Source: an uncultured Actinomycetota bacterium (GTDB lineage Bacteria > Actinomycetota > Actinomycetes > JAHEKZ01). From it: 64,000 bases of DNA. The notes below the pieces were generated by a model. That model was not told where the DNA came from. It saw only the letters and a program-made list of their open reading frames with translations, and did not search any database. The position numbers and the translations under genes are program-made. Below, piece by piece: positions 19,502 through 29,838 of the stretch (position 1 is the stretch's first letter; every line of letters begins with the position of its first letter). The stretch covers positions 480,001 to 544,000 of the forward strand of contig CAVURN010000001.1 in the NCBI GenBank assembly GCA_963743915.1. The letters are read 5' to 3'.

Positions 19502-20710
19502 ATGACGGAGCCGACAGTTGTGACGGCAGCAAGTGATCGAGAGAACTCGCACGCTGGGCGCATGCTGGCCTTGGCCACCATCGGATTTGCCCTGACCTTC
19601 TGGGCCTGGGCCCTGCTGGGCCCCCTGGGCACCGCACTGCGCGAAGACCTCGGCCTTACCGCGTTCCAACAGGCCGTGCTGGTTGCCGTCCCCGTCATTG
19701 TCGGATCCCTGGGGCGCATTCCGGTCGGTGCGTTGACCGACCGCTTCGGTGCCCGCGTCATGTTCACCATGATGTCCCTGCTGACCATTCTGCCAGTGCT
19801 CTACCTGGGCTTCGTCGCAGACAGCTACGCGGAGTACCTCGTCGGTGGGTTCTTCCTGGGGCTGGGAGGGACAACGTTCGCGATCGGGATCCCGCTGGTG
19901 AACTCCTGGTTCCCACCTGAGCGACGTGGCACCGCGCTGGGGGTCTTCGGCGTTGGAATGGGGGGCACCGCGATCTCGGCATTCACGACGGTGCAACTCA
20001 CCAAGAGCATGGGGGACGGCTTTCCCTTCGCTCTGGTGGCGGTTCTGCTCGCCGGGTACTCGGTTCTCGCCTGGCTGCTGATCCGCGACCGCGCTGATCG
20101 GGTCATCGCGGCCGGTTCCATGGTCTCGCGGACCTGGAACACGCTGAGAATGCGGTCAACCATCGAGCTTGGGCTGCTGTACGCGGTCTCTTTCGGAGGG
20201 TTCGTTGCCTTCAGCGTGTATCTGCCCTCGTACCTCAAGACCGCCTACGGACTCACCCAGGGCGATGCGGCGCTCCGAACTGCTGGCTTCGTCGTGCTTG
20301 CCGTAGTCATGCGTCCGATCGGTGGCTGGCTGTCCGACCGCTCCCACCCAGTCAAGGTTCTGTCAGTGTCCTACGCACTGGCGACTGCACTGGCCGTGCT
20401 GGCCTCGCTCGAGCTCAACCTGCTGCCTCAGGGAACGGTGGCTCTCCTCGGACTCGCCGCGGTGCTCGGCCTGGGGACCGGTGGTGTCTTTGCGCTAGTG
20501 GCCCGGCTGGTACCAGTGCAGAGCGTGGGATCGGTGACCGGCGTGGTGGGGGCTGCAGGTGGGCTTGGGGGCTTCTTCCCACCGTTGGTCATGGGCGCCA
20601 TCTATGGCGCAACGGGCGACTACTCCGCCGGATTCGTGATGCTCGCCGCCACGGCACTGGTGGCGTTGCTCTACACCTGGCTGGTGATCCGGAGGCGGCT
20701 GGCAATCTGA
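19502..20710 (+). CDS. narK: NarK-type nitrate/nitrite MFS transporter
   Basis: GSLGRIPVGALTDRFG, FFLGLGGTTFAIG, GAAGGLGGFFPP nitrate signatures. Confidence 0.9.
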   Translation: MTEPTVVTAASDRENSHAGRMLALATIGFALTFWAWALLGPLGTALREDLGLTAFQQAVLVAVPVIVGSLGRIPVGALTDRFGARVMFTMMSLLTILPVLYLGFVADSYAEYLVGGFFLGLGGTTFAIGIPLVNSWFPPERRGTALGVFGVGMGGTAISAFTTVQLTKSMGDGFPFALVAVLLAGYSVLAWLLIRDRADRVIAAGSMVSRTWNTLRMRSTIELGLLYAVSFGGFVAFSVYLPSYLKTAYGLTQGDAALRTAGFVVLAVVMRPIGGWLSDRSHPVKVLSVSYALATALAVLASLELNLLPQGTVALLGLAAVLGLGTGGVFALVARLVPVQSVGSVTGVVGAAGGLGGFFPPLVMGAIYGATGDYSAGFVMLAATALVALLYTWLVIRRRLAI

Positions 20711-20711
20711 C

Positions 20712-21827
20712 TCACGTCGACTGCGACGTCGGGGTGCCCCGCGGAACGGGGCTGGGCCGGCGAAAGTTGACCTGCGGCGTGCCGCGGTCCTGGAGGACAG
20801 TCCGGTAGACGTTCACCAGCATTGCCACAAACGTGAGCGCCCAGGCCGGAAATGCCACGGCGAACAACCAGAACCGGCCGATCCCCTCGACGATCGGCAG
20901 CGAGTTGGCCTGCCCGATGTAGATCCCGGCGACGGCGTACATGCCCAGCGGGAACACGATGCTCCACAGAGTGGCTTCGTAGCGCAGCGGCAGTCGATTC
21001 GACCCATGGCGCCACCAGCCAGCGGCTATCAGCGCGGGTATGAGCCACGTCGCGAAGGCCCAGAACATCACCGAAGCACCAGCAATGAGTCCCCTCGTCA
21101 CGTCGACCATGGGCGCGCTGTCCATCTCGACTATCCGGGCGCCCGCGAGAACCGTGATGGCGCAGGCCCCCATCGCCACCCAATAGGGAGGCGTGAGTTC
21201 CTCAGGCCCGAAGGGATAGAGCATCATGCGGGCAGCAACAAACACTCCAGCCGCGCCGTAGAGGAAGACCCCTACGGACCAGGCAAAGACGGCGACGACA
21301 GCAAGTTCGCGGCGCCATGAGTCCATCACCGGTTCCAGGGTCGCCGCTGCGGTGGCCACCGATTGGCTCGCGACCACCCAGATGAACCATGTGCCGTTGG
21401 CCGTTGCCACGAGAGGGCGCTCGGATCGACTCAGCACCGCGCTCCACGGAATCACATAGCCCAGGCACAGCCAAAGGAGCACCGACAGTAGAAAGAGAAT
21501 GGTCGTCGCCGCGTACCAGCCCTCGGTGCTCAGCCGCACACCGAGCACGTTGGTACCGGCAATCAGCGTGAAGAATCCGAAGGCGCGTCGCGGGTCCTGG
21601 AAGTCGTCGATCACCGCCGAGCGGAACCGGACGAAACGCCAGACATTCAGGACGAGGAGGAGTAAGTAGGCGCCGGCGGCGATTGCCATCAAGGCCAGCG
21701 ACGCGCTGCGCAGATCGAGCAGGTGCAGCCCGACGGACACGATGCCGGTTCCCATGACCAGTGCGAAGTATCCCGGAGTGAGGCCTTTGACCGCCACATC
21801 GAGCCGTGACAACTGCGACGCTTGCAT
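20712..21827 (-). CDS. SLAC1/TDT (tellurite resistance/C4-dicarboxylate) family channel
   Basis: PGYFALVMGTGIVS, WFIWVVASQS, PPYWVAMGACAI, WSIVFPLGMY. Confidence 0.88.
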   Translation of the reverse strand: MQASQLSRLDVAVKGLTPGYFALVMGTGIVSVGLHLLDLRSASLALMAIAAGAYLLLLVLNVWRFVRFRSAVIDDFQDPRRAFGFFTLIAGTNVLGVRLSTEGWYAATTILFLLSVLLWLCLGYVIPWSAVLSRSERPLVATANGTWFIWVVASQSVATAAATLEPVMDSWRRELAVVAVFAWSVGVFLYGAAGVFVAARMMLYPFGPEELTPPYWVAMGACAITVLAGARIVEMDSAPMVDVTRGLIAGASVMFWAFATWLIPALIAAGWWRHGSNRLPLRYEATLWSIVFPLGMYAVAGIYIGQANSLPIVEGIGRFWLFAVAFPAWALTFVAMLVNVYRTVLQDRGTPQVNFRRPSPVPRGTPTSQST

Positions 21828-21853
21828 GCACGCAGGATAGTTCGACCGGTCGG

Positions 21854-24085
21854 TCAGGGGGTGAAGCGTCGGAGCCGCAGGGAGTTGCCCATCACGAACA
21901 GGCTCGAGCAGGCCATGGCCAACCCGGCGATGATCGGGTTGAGCAGGCCGGCGGCGGCCAGGGGTATGGCGGCCACGTTGTAGGCGAAGGCCCAGAACAG
22001 GTTGCCCTTGATCGTGCGCGAGCACGCGGCGCGAGAGGGAGATGGCGTCGGGGGCGGCGCGCAGGTCACCGCGCACCAGCGTGAGGTCGCTGGCCTCCAT
22101 GGCGGCGTCGGTGCCGGTGCCCATGGCCAGACCGAGGTCGGCAGTCGCCAGCGCCGGAGCGTCGTTGACTCCGTCGCCCGACCATCGCGACGGTGCGGCC
22201 CTCGCGCCTGCAACGCGCCGGACGACGTCGACCTTGCCCTCGGGGAGCACCTCGGCGACGACCCGCTCGATGCCGACCTGCGGCGGCGACCGTGCGCGCG
22301 GTGGCCTGGCTGTCTCCGGTGAGCAGCACCGGTTCGAGCCCGAGGGATCGCAGCTCGCGCGACCGCCTCGGCGCTGGTCGGCTTGACCGTGTCGCTGACG
22401 ATGACGAGGCCCCGGACCTCGACCGTCCCAGGCGACCGCCGCGACGGTCTGCCCGGCGTGCGCCGCCACCTGCAGGTCGGACTCGAGGACATCCGGCACG
22501 TGCAAAGCCCACTCGGGCAGCCAGCTCGGGCGACCGACGACCACGGCGTGTCCGTCGACGACGCCGACGACGCCAAGGCCTCCGTGGCTGGCGAAGTCGC
22601 TGACAGGGGGGAGCGCGCCGACGACGTCCTGCGCATGCCCGGCGATCGCGCGCGCCACCGGGTGCTCGGACGCGTGCTCGACGGCGCCCGCGATACGGAG
22701 CACCTCGTGGTCGTCGGTCCCGGGGACGGACGCGACGCCCGTCACGGCCATTCGGCCGGTGGTCACGGTGCCGGTCTTGTCGAGGACCACGGTGTCCACG
22801 CGTCGCGTGGACTCCAGCACCTCGGGACCGCGGATGATGATGCCGAGCTGGGCTCCGCGCCCGGTGCCGACCAGCAGGGCCGTCGGCGTCGCGAGACCGA
22901 GGGCGCACGGGCAGGCGATGATCAGCACCGCGACGGCGGCCGTGAAGGCCTCGGACGGTCGACCCGGTCGCGACGTACCAGCCCATCCAGGTAGGGCCGC
23001 GGCGATCGCGATGACCACCGGGACGAAGACCGCGGAGACCCGGTCGGCCAGGCGCTGGACCGGTGCCTTGCCTGCCTGGGCCTGGGAGACCAGCGCGGCC
23101 ATCCGGGCGAGCTGGGTGTCGGCGCCGACTCGGGTCGCTCGCACCGTGAGGCGTCCGCCGACGTTCACCGTGGCGCCGACGACGGACTGGCGCCGGCCGA
23201 CACCTCGACCGGAACACTCTCGCCGGTCAGCATCGAGGCGTCGACGGCGGACGAGCCCTCGATCACCTCGCCGTCGGTGGCGATGCGCTCCCCGGGTCGC
23301 ACGACGAACACGTCGCCGACCACCAGCTGCTCGACCGGGATGCGCTTCTCCGCCCCGTCACGCAGGACAGAGACGTCCTTGGCGCCGAGCTGCAGCAGCG
23401 CCCGCATGGCAGCACCCGAGCGGTGCTTGGCGCGCCGCTCCAGGTAGCGGCCGGCGACGATGAACACGGTGACGACCGAGGCCACCTCGAGGTAGATCTC
23501 CTCGCCGCCGGACGCGGTGAGCGACAGCTCCATGGTCATTCCGGGCATGCCGGCATCACCGATGAACAGCGCGTAGAGCGACCAGACGTAGGCCGCCCCC
23601 ACACCCATGCTGATCAGCGTGTCCATCGTCGTGGTGCCGTGTCGCAGGTTCAGCACGGCAGCACGGTGGAAGGGCCACGCACCCCACACCACGACGGGAG
23701 AGGCCAGGGTCAGGGCCAGCCACTGCCAGTTGGTGAACTGCAGTGCGGGCACCATCGACATGAGCAGCACCGGTAGCGACAGGGCTGTCGACACCATCAG
23801 CCGCCGGCGCCAGAGCTCGGTCTCGGCGTCGGGGGCGTCGTCGTCGGCGGACCCGTTCTCCGCCTCCTGCGGCGTCGGAAGCGCGGCCTGGTACCCGAGC
23901 CGCTCGACGACGTCCACCAGGTCGTCGGTGCTGACCTCAGAGCCGTCGAGACTGACGTGGGCGATCTCGGTGGCGTAGTTGACGGTCGCCGACACGCCGT
24001 CGAGCCGGTTGAGCTTCTTCTCGATCCGGGCAGCGCAGGACGCGCAGGTCATGCCTCCGATCGCGAGCTCGACCGAGTCGCTCAT
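21854..24085 (-). pseudogene. copA: Cu(I)-translocating P1B ATPase, multiply frameshifted (probably assembly errors)
   Basis: [35 protein letters not shown] and YN motifs spread over ORFs 23165-24253, 20712-23168 and 21854-22636. Confidence 0.88.
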
Positions 24086-24291
24086 GGCGCCAGGGCGTAG
24101 CCGGCCTCGTCGACGGCGGTCGCGACGGCCTCGCGGGGGAGGGCATCGGTGCTGACGACGGTGAGGGCACCGGTGGCCAGGTCGACCTCGACCTGTTCCA
24201 CGCCTCCGATCGCGGAGACCTCGTCGGTGACCGCCTGCACGCAATGGCCGCACGTCATGCCGGTCACGGTGTACGTCGACGTCGTCGACAT
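24082..24291 (-). CDS. copZ: Copper chaperone CopZ
   Basis: GMTCGHCV HMA motif, 69 aa, stop overlaps the copA start. Confidence 0.92.
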   Translation of the reverse strand: MSTTSTYTVTGMTCGHCVQAVTDEVSAIGGVEQVEVDLATGALTVVSTDALPREAVATAVDEAGYALAP

Positions 24292-24333
24292 GGGAGCCTC
24301 CTCGGTGTGCGGGCGGGCGCAGCCCACAGTCGT

Positions 24334-24361
24334 CAACGGAAGACTAGAGCCCGGTGTTCCC
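24334..24361 (-). promoter_or_regulatory. SigR/SigH-type promoter upstream of copZ
   Basis: Minus strand GGGAAC-N18-GTTG. Confidence 0.55.
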
Positions 24362-24363
24362 GA

Positions 24364-24747
24364 CTACGCCCCGGCGGGCTTCTCCCAGGCGCGGACGACG
24401 TCCCGCAGGGAGATGATCCCCAGGACGTCGCTGCCGTCGACCACCACGAGGTGGCGGAACCCTCCGCGGCGCATGGCTTCGGTGGCCTCATCCAGGCTCC
24501 AGTTCGGGGAGCCGTAGGCGGAGTCGGTCGTGAGGTGGTCGCCGGCCGAGCTGCCGTCGGGGTCGAGGCCGGCCGCGACGGCGCGGACGACGTCGCGCTC
24601 GGTGAGGATCCCCGGACCTGAACCGTCGGGGTCGTGCACCACCACCGACCCGATGTTGTGATCGGCCATCAGCTTGCTGGCGGCGCGGAGGGAATGACCT
24701 GGACCGATCGTCACCACATCGGTCGTCATGGCATCGGAGATGATCAT
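24364..24747 (-). CDS. CBS-domain protein
   Basis: GILTERDV, FRHLVV..GIISLRD tandem CBS. Confidence 0.9.
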   Translation of the reverse strand: MIISDAMTTDVVTIGPGHSLRAASKLMADHNIGSVVVHDPDGSGPGILTERDVVRAVAAGLDPDGSSAGDHLTTDSAYGSPNWSLDEATEAMRRGGFRHLVVVDGSDVLGIISLRDVVRAWEKPAGA

Positions 24748-24825
24748 GGCGCACCCTCCTCGGGTCGAGACCCCCATCGTAGGTCGTCAGGCCGGCCCCG
24801 GGACCCGCCCTGGCAGACTGCGCGG

Positions 24826-25587
24826 GTGACTTCGCGGCTCCGCACCCCGACCGTGGTGCTGGCGTGGATCCCGGTCACGCTCTGGCTGGACCAGTTCGCG
24901 TCGCTGGGTCAGCAGCGACTGCTGGGTCTGGGCACCTGGGCGCTGCTGCTGTGGCTGCTGCGCGACGAGTCGCTTCCCGTCTGTCTGCAGACAGCAGTCG
25001 TGGTGGTCTTCGCCACCGCTGTGGAGTACACGTTCTCACCGTGGTTGGAGGTGTACACCTACCGTCTCGACAACGTCCCGGCCTTCGTGCCACCCGGGCA
25101 CGGCCTCGTGTACCTGGCCGCCCTCTGCCTGGGCCGCACGGACTTCTTCCGAAGGCACGCCCGAGGACTGGTGACGCTCACGGTCGTGCTGGGCGGGCTC
25201 TATGCCGCCTGGGGCATGAGCCCGTGGGCTCCCCGCCAGGATGTCCTGGGACTCTTCTGGTATCTGTGCCTGCTCGGCTTCCTGGCCTGGGGCCGCTCGC
25301 GACTTCTCTACGTCGGTGCCTTCGTGGTGGTGACCTACCTCGAGCTGATCGGAACGTGGATCGGCACCTGGGCCTGGCAGCCGTACGACCCGACGGGGCT
25401 GGTCAGCATGGGCAACCCGCCGAGCGGTGCTGCCGGCGGGTACGGCTGGTTCGACCTCGCTGCCATCACCCTCGCGCCCGTGCTGGTGCGGTGGTGGTCA
25501 CGCGCTCGAGGACTCCCCGAAGTGCTGGAGCAGCCCTCGGTGCAGCCGCCCGTTGGACGAGAGCGCGTTGCCACCGACCATCGGTGA
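24826..25587 (+). CDS. Hypothetical integral membrane protein
   Basis: Multiple TM segments; YTYRLDNVPAFVPPGHG, GNPPSG. Confidence 0.8.
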   Translation: MTSRLRTPTVVLAWIPVTLWLDQFASLGQQRLLGLGTWALLLWLLRDESLPVCLQTAVVVVFATAVEYTFSPWLEVYTYRLDNVPAFVPPGHGLVYLAALCLGRTDFFRRHARGLVTLTVVLGGLYAAWGMSPWAPRQDVLGLFWYLCLLGFLAWGRSRLLYVGAFVVVTYLELIGTWIGTWAWQPYDPTGLVSMGNPPSGAAGGYGWFDLAAITLAPVLVRWWSRARGLPEVLEQPSVQPPVGRERVATDHR

Positions 25588-26334
25588 CCGACCGTCGAGT
25601 GCGGTGATCGCACCACCCGCCTCCTCGACGACCGGGATCAGCGCCGCCATGTCCCACCCGCTCAGCTCAGGCTCGACGGCCACGTCGACCGACCCCTCGG
25701 CCACCATCATGTGCGACCAGAAGTCGCCGTAGGCCCGTGACCGCCACGCGCGGCGGAGGAGGTCGTCGACGGCTCGACGTCGCCCGCCGACCTCCCACGC
25801 GGGGTCGTTCCACTCCGAGAACGACACCGAGGCGTCACCCAGCTCCGTGACGCCGGAGACGGCGATCCGTCGGGCCCCGTCACCGGCGTCCAGCCAGGCG
25901 CCGCCGCCGCGCGCCGCCCACCACCGTCGACCGAGCGCCGGAGCGCTCACCACACCCACGACGACATCGTCCGAGCGCTGACTCGGGGCGTTGACGGTGA
26001 GCGCGATGAGGGTGGCCCACACCGGTACCCCGCGGACGTAGTTCTTGGTTCCGTCGATCGGGTCGAGCACCCAGTGCCGGTCCGACTCACCAGAGACTCC
26101 GTACTCCTCGCCCATCACGGCATCTCCGGGGCGCGCGTCGGCGAGCTCGGCCCGCAGGCGGACCTCGGTGGCCTGGTCGGCGTCCGACACCGGCGTGAGG
26201 TCGGGCTTGGTCTCCACGCGAAGGTCGAGCGAGCCGAACCGCTCCAGCGTGAGGGCGTCCGCGACGTCGGCGAGGGCGAGCGCCAGCGCCAGGTCGTCGG
26301 CCCACGGCGAGCCGCTCCACGGTGCGTCGGTCAC
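25498..26334 (-). CDS. hisN: Histidinol-phosphatase (IMPase family)
   Basis: KPDLTPVSDAD, GEE, DPIDGTKNYVRGVPVWATLI, WDMAAL. Confidence 0.92.
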   Translation of the reverse strand: MTDAPWSGSPWADDLALALALADVADALTLERFGSLDLRVETKPDLTPVSDADQATEVRLRAELADARPGDAVMGEEYGVSGESDRHWVLDPIDGTKNYVRGVPVWATLIALTVNAPSQRSDDVVVGVVSAPALGRRWWAARGGGAWLDAGDGARRIAVSGVTELGDASVSFSEWNDPAWEVGGRRRAVDDLLRRAWRSRAYGDFWSHMMVAEGSVDVAVEPELSGWDMAALIPVVEEAGGAITALDGRSPMVGGNALSSNGRLHRGLLQHFGESSSA

Positions 26335-26426
26335 GGCGGCAGCCTAACCACGCAAAAGGTGTTCCCGGCCGGAGCACTCGGGCTAGCCTGCGCAAGGGCG
26401 CGTCCGACGCGCCGGGAGGGGCGTCG

Positions 26427-26915
26427 ATGCCCGAGACGGTCTTCGGTCTGCCGTTGCACCCGCTGGTCGTGCACGGCGCCGTCGTGCTGGTCCCGGTCGC
26501 CGCCATCCTCACGATCCTCATCGCCGTGAGCCAGGACCGTCGGACCCGTTGGGGCTCGTTGACGTGGCTGCTGACGACGGCCGCACTGGGCGCGACGATC
26601 GTCGCCAAGCTCACCGGCGACGAGCTCGGGCAGACGCGTTATGGCGACGTGCTCCCGATCAAGACGGCTGAGCACGGCGGGCACGGGACGACCGCAGTCT
26701 GGTTCACCCTCGGGCTCTGGCTGGCGGTGACGGCACTGCTGCTCGTCGACCTCGACCGCCGTCGCCGGCAGGGGTACGGCAGCCCGGTGCTCGTCACGAC
26801 TGTCGCGGTGGCCGCCATCATCGCGGCGATGGCAGCCACCGGCCAGGTGGTGCTGACGGGGTGGACGGGCGCGGAGAACCAGTGGGGAACCACCCAGGAG
26901 TTAGCGCCCGGTTAA
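26427..26915 (+). CDS. DUF2231 family membrane protein
   Basis: GLPLHPLVVH..VVLVP; TG..GA..W C-terminus. Confidence 0.8.
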   Translation: MPETVFGLPLHPLVVHGAVVLVPVAAILTILIAVSQDRRTRWGSLTWLLTTAALGATIVAKLTGDELGQTRYGDVLPIKTAEHGGHGTTAVWFTLGLWLAVTALLLVDLDRRRRQGYGSPVLVTTVAVAAIIAAMAATGQVVLTGWTGAENQWGTTQELAPG

Positions 26916-26978
26916 GGAACCGCTGTGCCGACGCAGTGCTCCTTGCCCGGCGACCCGAAAGGTGGATGAATCCCTCCC

Positions 26979-27431
26979 ATGCCGGAAACCCTTGGGGGCA
27001 TCCCCGTCCACCCGCTCGTCGTGCACGCTGTCGTCGTCCTCATCCCGCTGGCTGCGCTCGGCGTCATGGCGATCTCGGTGGTCCCACGTTGGCGCGAACG
27101 GTTCGGCGTCCTGGTGGTGGCTGCGGCCGCCGTCTCCACGGCTCTGGTGCCCCTGGCGACCGAGAGCGGTGAGACTCTCGAGGAGACGGTGGGCGAGAGC
27201 GCTCAGCTCGAGCGGCACGCCGAGCTCGGCGAGGGGATGATCTGGGGGGCCATCCCCCTGCTGGTGATCGCGGTCGCCCTGTGGTGGCTCGGCAGGCAGG
27301 CAGGCAAGGACCAGCCGCCCCCGCGATGGCTGACCATCATCGTCCCCATTCTCGGCGTCGTCGTCGCGGCCGTCGCGCTGGTGCAGGTGGTGCTGATCGG
27401 GCACAGCGGAGCCAAGTCCGTCTGGGGTTAG
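26979..27431 (+). CDS. DUF2231 family membrane protein (tandem paralog)
   Basis: GIPVHPLVVHAVVVLIP, SGE, HAELG, GHSGAKSVW. Confidence 0.85.
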   Translation: MPETLGGIPVHPLVVHAVVVLIPLAALGVMAISVVPRWRERFGVLVVAAAAVSTALVPLATESGETLEETVGESAQLERHAELGEGMIWGAIPLLVIAVALWWLGRQAGKDQPPPRWLTIIVPILGVVVAAVALVQVVLIGHSGAKSVWG

Positions 27432-27445
27432 CGCTCACCCAGAAG

Positions 27446-27467
27446 TGTCAGTGGTGGGTGGCAAAGT
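27446..27467 (+). promoter_or_regulatory. RecA-NDp/PafBC-type DNA-damage promoter
   Basis: TGTCAGTG-N8-CAAAGT, 6 nt before ATG 27474. Confidence 0.65.
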
Positions 27468-27473
27468 GCCGGT

Positions 27474-28775
27474 ATGAGCGTGACGGCAGACACTGCGACG
27501 GAGGCCCCGACGGGTGAGCTTCTGCTCGGCGTGCGGGAGCTCATCGCGCTTCAGACCCCCGTCGCAAGCCAGAGCGAGGGCGCCCTGGAACAGCAGCTTC
27601 TCGACCTCGAGCGGGCGGCGAGCTCGTTGGCCGCTCAGCAGGCCCGCGTGATCGCGGAGCTGGACGCGAGGGCGCGTTCTGCTGATGAAGCTGAGCGTCT
27701 CGAGCCGAGATCGGTGTTCCCTGCCGGACGGTCGGAGTTCGTGGCCGACCACGTTGCGGTGGTGCTGTCGTGCACGAAGGCCGCGGCTGGTCGTCGTTAC
27801 GACACCGCCGTCGAGGCGGTCCGGCTGCCCTCCTTGATGGCCGTGTGGTCGGCAGGGCGCATCGACGAGCGCAAGGTTGCGGTGATTGTCGACGGGTTGC
27901 GTGATGTCGACCCTGTGTTCTCCGATGCCCTTGCCACCGAGGCTGCTCGGCACGCGACCGAGCGAACTGCCCCACAACTGCGTGCTTGGCTCGCTCGTCG
28001 AGTGATCGCCGCGGACCCAGGTGGCGCCAAGCTGCGCCATGCTCGAGCCAGCTCCGGGCGTCGCGTCACTCTCACCCCGCTGGCTGATGGCATGGCGGAA
28101 GTCGCTGCCTTGTTGCCCGCCGTCCAGGCGCGCCAGCTCTACGACACTGTGAACGCCGTCGCGTACGACGCCGGGGCAGGTGATGCCCGCACCGCCGACC
28201 AGCGTCGTGCAGACGCGCTGATGGATCTCGTGTGCGGTCGCGCTGACCCTCCACGCATTCAGCTGCAGGTCACGGTGCCTTCGGACACTCTCCTCGGTGA
28301 GGCGGCCCAGCCCGGCTGGCTCGCTGGCGTTGGTCCGATCACGGCTGATGACGCACTGGCACTGGCTGGCGCCGATGAGGCAACGTGGCGCCGACTGCTG
28401 ACCGATCCCGAGACGGGCACCCTCACCGACCTGTCCGAGACCACGTACCGGCCGTCACGCCGGCTCGATCGGGCGGTGCGTTCCCGCGACCAGATCTGTC
28501 GGTTCCCGGGGTGCCGTCGCCCCGCCGCCACCACCGCGTCGGGGACTGACGTCGACCACACCACACCGTGGCCGCGAGGGACCACCGCGGCGTCGAACCT
28601 GGCAGTGCTCTGTCGTCACCATCACCGTCTCAAGCACGCCCCGGGGTGGCGGGTGGAGCATCATCCGGGCGGCACCTTGACGTGGACCACCCCCGGCGGT
28701 CGGACCCTGACCACGAGTCCCTGGGTCTACACCGACGTCCAGGATCCCGACCCGCCTCCGGATCGCTGGCCATGA
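27474..28775 (+). CDS. DUF222 protein with HNH endonuclease
   Basis: RDQICRFPGC, DVDHTTPWP, NLAVLCRHHHRLKH. Confidence 0.9.
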   Translation: MSVTADTATEAPTGELLLGVRELIALQTPVASQSEGALEQQLLDLERAASSLAAQQARVIAELDARARSADEAERLEPRSVFPAGRSEFVADHVAVVLSCTKAAAGRRYDTAVEAVRLPSLMAVWSAGRIDERKVAVIVDGLRDVDPVFSDALATEAARHATERTAPQLRAWLARRVIAADPGGAKLRHARASSGRRVTLTPLADGMAEVAALLPAVQARQLYDTVNAVAYDAGAGDARTADQRRADALMDLVCGRADPPRIQLQVTVPSDTLLGEAAQPGWLAGVGPITADDALALAGADEATWRRLLTDPETGTLTDLSETTYRPSRRLDRAVRSRDQICRFPGCRRPAATTASGTDVDHTTPWPRGTTAASNLAVLCRHHHRLKHAPGWRVEHHPGGTLTWTTPGGRTLTTSPWVYTDVQDPDPPPDRWP

Positions 28776-28778
28776 CCG

Positions 28779-29795
28779 TCATGGAGTTCTCTCCTCCTGG
28801 GTGGCACCCGGATCCGAGCGGCTGCTGAGCAGCCGCCGTAGCGAGACCAGCCTCACCGGATCAACCCCGCTGGAGACCACGTACTCGTCGAGTGCGCAGT
28901 GCTCATCGTCGTGCGTGCATCCGCGAGGACACTCCGCCGCACCTTGCTCCAGGTCTGGAAAGGCGTGCAGGAACCGGCTGAGGTCGACGTGCGCGAGGCC
29001 GAACGAGCGGATTCCTGGTGTGTCCACGACCCAGCCCGACGGGGGGAGCGGGAACGCAACCGCCGACGTGGAGGTGTGGCGTCCGCGACCCGTCACGGCG
29101 TTGACGATGCCGGTGGCGCGGGACGCGTCGGGCACCAGTGCGTTGACCAACGTCGACTTGCCCACGCCGGAGTGCCCGAGCAGGACGGTGGTCCTTCCGT
29201 CGAGCAGGTGGTGGATCTCCTCGAGCGGCTCGTCGCGGCTGCGCAGCACCAGTGGCACGTCCAACGGTGCATACAGCTCCACGAGTTCGGTCGGATCGGC
29301 CAGGTCGGTCTTGGTCACGATGATGAGAGGCGCCAGGCCCCCGTCGAAGGCGGCGATCAGGGCTCGGTCGATGAGCCGGGGTCGAGGTTCGGGATCTGCG
29401 GCGGCCACCACGACCGCCAACTGGTCGGCGTTGGCCACCACCACGCGCTCGACCGGGTCCGTGTCGTCAGCCGATCGACGCAGCACGGTGCTTCGGGGGT
29501 GCCGACGGACGATGCGGGCCAGAGCGTCGTCGCCACCGGACACGTCACCGATCACGTCGACCCGGTCGCCGACGGCCAGCCCTTTGCGCCCGATCTCCCG
29601 CGCCTTGACGGCATAGACCTGGCAGGAAGGCTCGTCGAGCAGCACGGTGGTGAACCGACCGCGATCGACGGCCGTCACCATCGCCGGCACCGCCTGTCCG
29701 TGCTCAGGTCGGACCTTGCTGCGCGCCCGGGACTTGCCCTTGCCCGGCCGGACCCTGACATCGTCCTCGTCGAGGTCGCGGTGGCGGCGGGTCAC
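28779..29795 (-). CDS. rsgA: Ribosome small subunit-dependent GTPase A (core actinobacterial copy)
   Basis: DEDDVRVRP, TKTD, GHSGVGKSTL, GRHTST, CPRGCTH..C. Confidence 0.93.
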   Translation of the reverse strand: MTRRHRDLDEDDVRVRPGKGKSRARSKVRPEHGQAVPAMVTAVDRGRFTTVLLDEPSCQVYAVKAREIGRKGLAVGDRVDVIGDVSGGDDALARIVRRHPRSTVLRRSADDTDPVERVVVANADQLAVVVAAADPEPRPRLIDRALIAAFDGGLAPLIIVTKTDLADPTELVELYAPLDVPLVLRSRDEPLEEIHHLLDGRTTVLLGHSGVGKSTLVNALVPDASRATGIVNAVTGRGRHTSTSAVAFPLPPSGWVVDTPGIRSFGLAHVDLSRFLHAFPDLEQGAAECPRGCTHDDEHCALDEYVVSSGVDPVRLVSLRRLLSSRSDPGATQEERTP

Positions 29796-29838
29796 GTGGT
29801 TCAGACTACGCATCCGGCCGCGGGCTAGGGTGCGACGC

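Noticed and set aside
20712-23168. 818-aa P-type ATPase/TDT channel fusion ORF
   Set aside because: Produced by copA frameshifts; copA has its own stop at 21854 and the TDT gene its own ATG at 21827.
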